From the NCBI RefSeq assembly GCF_009914755.1, contig NC_060925.1: DNA of 64,000 bases; one strand, written 5' to 3'. The notes under the pieces are model-generated. The model worked only from the letters and a program-made list of their open reading frames with translations. It did no database searches and had not been told where the DNA came from. Shown here piece after piece: positions 1 through 64,000 of this stretch. The first letter of the stretch is position 1. Every line of letters starts with the position of its first letter. This DNA comes from the human T2T-CHM13v2.0 reference genome, Homo sapiens. A program made the position numbers and the translations under genes.

Positions 1-112
1 ACTGATCCTCTGATTTTAAATGAATACATGCTTTACATGTAATAACCAAGTTTCTAAATTATGTTTATTTAAAACTTCACAAAACCTTATCATTAAAATG
101 TTCAAGCTTTCA

Positions 113-349
<237 letters not shown>

Positions 350-487
350 TTATAAGTAGACTATTAGAGCTTTCATTAACATATGTATATGCATGTGTAT
401 AACAGGATGCTGCATTACAGAACCTGTATCATCAGAGGCATGGCATGGCCGATTATAGACACTGAGGACCTGAAAATGTACGGAGGG

Positions 488-493
488 TTTAAT
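488..493 (-). terminator. Candidate distal polyadenylation signal ATTAAA of PHTF1
   Basis: tttaat on +, at the end of the unique 3' UTR-like sequence before the Alu. Confidence 0.45.
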
Positions 494-858
494 ACATTAA
501 GTTGCACAACTGATAAACTATCAATGATGCTTGTGATAGGACACATAGCACTGTGTTAGGAACCACAACTCAGATGATCTATATGGAAACAATGCTTCCA
601 TGGCTTCCACATAGAACGTGGAAACCATGTTGTATGATGGAAATGGATGAGTAGGCATATACTTAAATTTTTCATGCTGAATTACATGGCATATTGTATG
701 CATGCATCGTTTGCCAACAACTATACAGTTATTAACCCAAAATCGTAAACGAACAAAACATTTCTCCACAGTTTAACAGAAACTCACAGTTTAAAAGTTA
801 ATTTTCTTCCTTCAACAACAAAGAAAACCTAGAAACTGAAAGTCTCCAGTAAAGTTCT

Positions 859-864
859 TTTATT
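859..864 (-). terminator. Candidate proximal polyadenylation signal AATAAA of PHTF1
   Basis: tttatt on +; U-rich sequence follows on the minus strand. Confidence 0.55.
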
Positions 865-1341
865 CGGATTTAACCTAAAATAGTTCGCTTGATCTCTCTT
901 TGATAGAGAAATGAAATCTCCAGTTCTATAGACTATAATGGAAAAGTATTGAATTTGCATATTTCCAATAAAAGATATTTGCTTCATGCTTTGGGCATCT
1001 ATCATAGTTGCCCAAAAGACTATGTCCAGTAAACATAACTGTCACAGTACTGAAGCGCAAACTTACAAAATTGTCTTTGTGTTACCACAACACACACAGT
1101 CTTTAGTCAGCTGACTATTCATGTTGTTTGAAAAGCATGAAAATACAGGTTTTTAGCATGCACACCCAGTTGGAAAAGGACTTGCTCCTCCGGAAACACC
1201 ATTCATTCGCTTTGGCAGAGCTGAGAGCACCTGTGCATGTGAACAAGCAGGTGGGTATCTCACTGGTTTCTGCAGTCATCACTTTCCTTGATAGGTAAGT
1301 TTTGATACCAGCCAGGGGAGAGTCCAGGCATTTAACTCAGC

Positions 1342-62368
<61,027 letters not shown>

Positions 62369-62687
62369 CTGTGTCTCCAGCCAGAGAATGGGATTTCACT
62401 GAAAATGAAGGAAAACCAATCGGTGAGTCCAGCTGCTGAAGGTTACTCTCCCAGTTTGGGTAGGACGCGAAAACCGCTTCTCTCAGCCTCTCCATGAGCT
62501 GCTCTTTCTCCAGCTGTTTGCCAGGGAAAACACAACAAACAAACAAAAAAAAACTGGCGCAGCGGCGACCGGAGAAGCCTCTGCAATATATCGGGCGAGC
62601 GTGTTCGTGGGTGCGGGGGAGGGGCAGGGGCCGCCGCTGGAGTCGCCCGGCACCCGCCTCCTTCGCTCGCCCGCGTCCGGCTCTCAC

Positions 62688-62831
62688 CTAGTGCCCGTTG
62701 CCCCGCGGGCCGGCGCCCGGGACCTCCGTCCTCAGTGCCCGGGGTCCCACCGTGAGGCCGGGGGCGAGGCGGCGGGCCAGGCAGGCCGCATCTTCCCCTC
62801 CAGGCGGAGACGCCGGAGAGGCCGTTACCAT
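62688..62831 (-). other. uORF1, 47 aa (MVTASPASPPGGEDAACLARRLAPGLTVGPRALRTEVPGAGPRGNGH)
   Basis: ATG at 62831-62829, open to TAG at 62690-62688, the last 3 nt of exon 1. Requires a TSS upstream of 62831. Confidence 0.5.
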
Positions 62832-62837
62832 GGAGAC
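62824..62837. promoter_or_regulatory. RFX X-box GTTACCATGGAGAC
   Basis: 14-bp match to the GTYNCC-AT-GGYAAC X-box consensus on the minus strand (GTCTCCATGGTAAC). Confidence 0.7.
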
Positions 62838-62996
62838 CGCGGAGGCCGCCCCAGCTTCGGAGGCAGCCGGCCGCCCAGCGCCCTGAGGGCGGCAAATCGA
62901 TCGCCGGTCAGAGGCCGCCTACAGGGTCACGGACTGACCAGAAAATAAGCAGAGAATGAACTGGAAAATGAGGGGGATTAAAAGTGAAGGCCTCCA

Positions 62997-63010
62997 GTCG
63001 CCACGGCGAC
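62997..63010. promoter_or_regulatory. Second X-box-like palindrome GTCGCCACGGCGAC
   Basis: Same 6-2-6 palindromic geometry as GTTGCCATGGCAAC. Confidence 0.5.
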
Positions 63011-63133
63011 AGCAAAAGGCTTTGTGCCCAGCTGGAAAAGACAGGTGCAAAGGCCCCGGACCCCGAGAGCCCGGGAGCCCGGGAGGAGGAGGCGGCAGCG
63101 GCGCTCGTCTTCTGCGGGCCGCGCCGGGATGCA

Positions 63134-63143
63134 GTGACTCAGC
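63134..63143 (+). promoter_or_regulatory. AP-1 / ARE core GTGACTCAGC
   Basis: Perfect TGACTCA; also matches RTGACNNNGC. Confidence 0.45.
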
Positions 63144-64000
63144 CGTCTGAGATCTGGGCTAGAGCCGCTCAGCCGACCACCGGGCAGCAGCCTTCGGCTT
63201 CCGCTTTCCGGCTTTCGCCGCCGAGGTGGCTCCGCCCCTGGCCCGGGGCCTTCCCGCCCAGCCTTGGTCCAGGCTCCGGGTCCGAGGGCCTGGGGAGTCG
63301 CGCGGCATATCGATGGCCAAGAGCAGCTCCCTCAGATCACCCTTCAGGCCTCAGCTTAAAAGTCACTTCCTCACAAACGACTCTCCCATCCAGCGGTCTA
63401 AAGGAGGTCGGTCCTGATACTCTAGTAGCTCACGTCTTTGTGGCACTCATTTTCGTGTTTCATGGCTTAATCTCTGTTCCCCAGTGGGCTGTGGGCTCCA
63501 TGAGGTCAGAGACTGGGGCCTGGCACAAGCCTGGCACTTAGGTTCCCAATGTTTGTTGAGCGAACGAATCAATGTTTGCGTGAATTTACGCTGCCCTGGG
63601 AGGAAGGGCCAGGCTGCGGCTTAGTGACTCCCTTCCTCTCCCGCCCCTCAGCAGCTCTGGGTCTGGAGCTTTCTAGTGCTCAAAGGTGTAGGGGGAAAAG
63701 AGGAACAAGTATTGGGCAGTCACAGCTTTTTCCAAATTAGGGTAAAGTTAGGTGGCGGCAGGAACAGGTTAATTAGGGCCGATAGAGGTCAGGAGAAAGG
63801 AAAGAAAGGTTGAACCCTCAAGTGAATATTTAAGGATACGTTAAAAGGATTTTTAGGCTGCTTTTTTTTTTTTTTTTTTTTGGCCATTAATGGAACACTG
63901 TCCCCTTACAGCCATTCTCCCCACCTTATTTGAAGCCGTGTTCTTGCTAGCCCACAGCGTGTAGCATCTGGGTCAGAGAAAGCTAATGACAGATGATAGC

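Larger units (their letters stand above)
62688..62900 (-). other. PHTF1: PHTF1 non-coding first exon (5' end uncertain)
   Basis: Donor TAG|GTGAGA (GT at 62687-62686) inside the CpG island pairs with acceptor ccttcattttcAG|TGAAATC at 62400-62399. The TSS cannot be fixed from sequence. Confidence 0.7.
62400..63330. promoter_or_regulatory. CpG-island promoter of PHTF1
   Basis: Abrupt switch to very GC- and CpG-rich sequence; GC box ctccgcccc about 63230-63238; ETS-like ttccg cores about 63199-63212. Confidence 0.9.

Noticed and set aside
1044-1217. Single 7-mer miRNA seed matches in the 3' UTR (GTACTGT, TGCCAAA)
   Set aside because: Isolated 7-mers occur by chance and conservation cannot be checked here.
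62984-63541. 185-aa plus-strand ORF and other long ORFs in the CpG island
   Set aside because: Stop-poor GC-rich sequence with Pro/Gly/Ala/Arg bias and no recognisable domain; expected by chance.

Overview
Primate (almost certainly human) genomic DNA holding the whole PHTF1 gene on the minus strand. I read 18 coding exons by hand, all with GT-AG boundaries. They sum to 2289 nt (762 aa + TAA), from the ATG at 62368 to the stop at 1342. A non-coding first exon and a CpG-island promoter lie at about 62.4-63.3 kb, and the 3' UTR runs towards position 470-840. The introns contain an RPS2 processed pseudogene, about 48 Alus, a near-full-length L1MA-type LINE with a complete THE1 LTR element nested in it, plus MER21, MLT1A, Tigger3, MER1/MER58, L2 and MIR remnants. 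Points worth following up: (1) PHTF1 has a 7-TM layout and a C-terminus resembling insect odorant/gustatory receptor ion channels, not a homeodomain. (2) Three sequence-encoded routes could make isoforms lacking the TM7 helix. (3) The promoter has twin RFX X-boxes, one centred on the ATG of an in-frame uORF that ends in a TAG|TGA formed at the splice junction. (4) One exon has a recursive-splice-like layout. (5) A sense-strand THE1 LTR keeps DUX4-type motifs and a splice donor. (6) Two L1 copies flanking coding exons share an apparent gene-conversion tract. I found no wholly new gene or system. Repeat subfamily names are recalled from consensus sequences and repeat boundaries are approximate.
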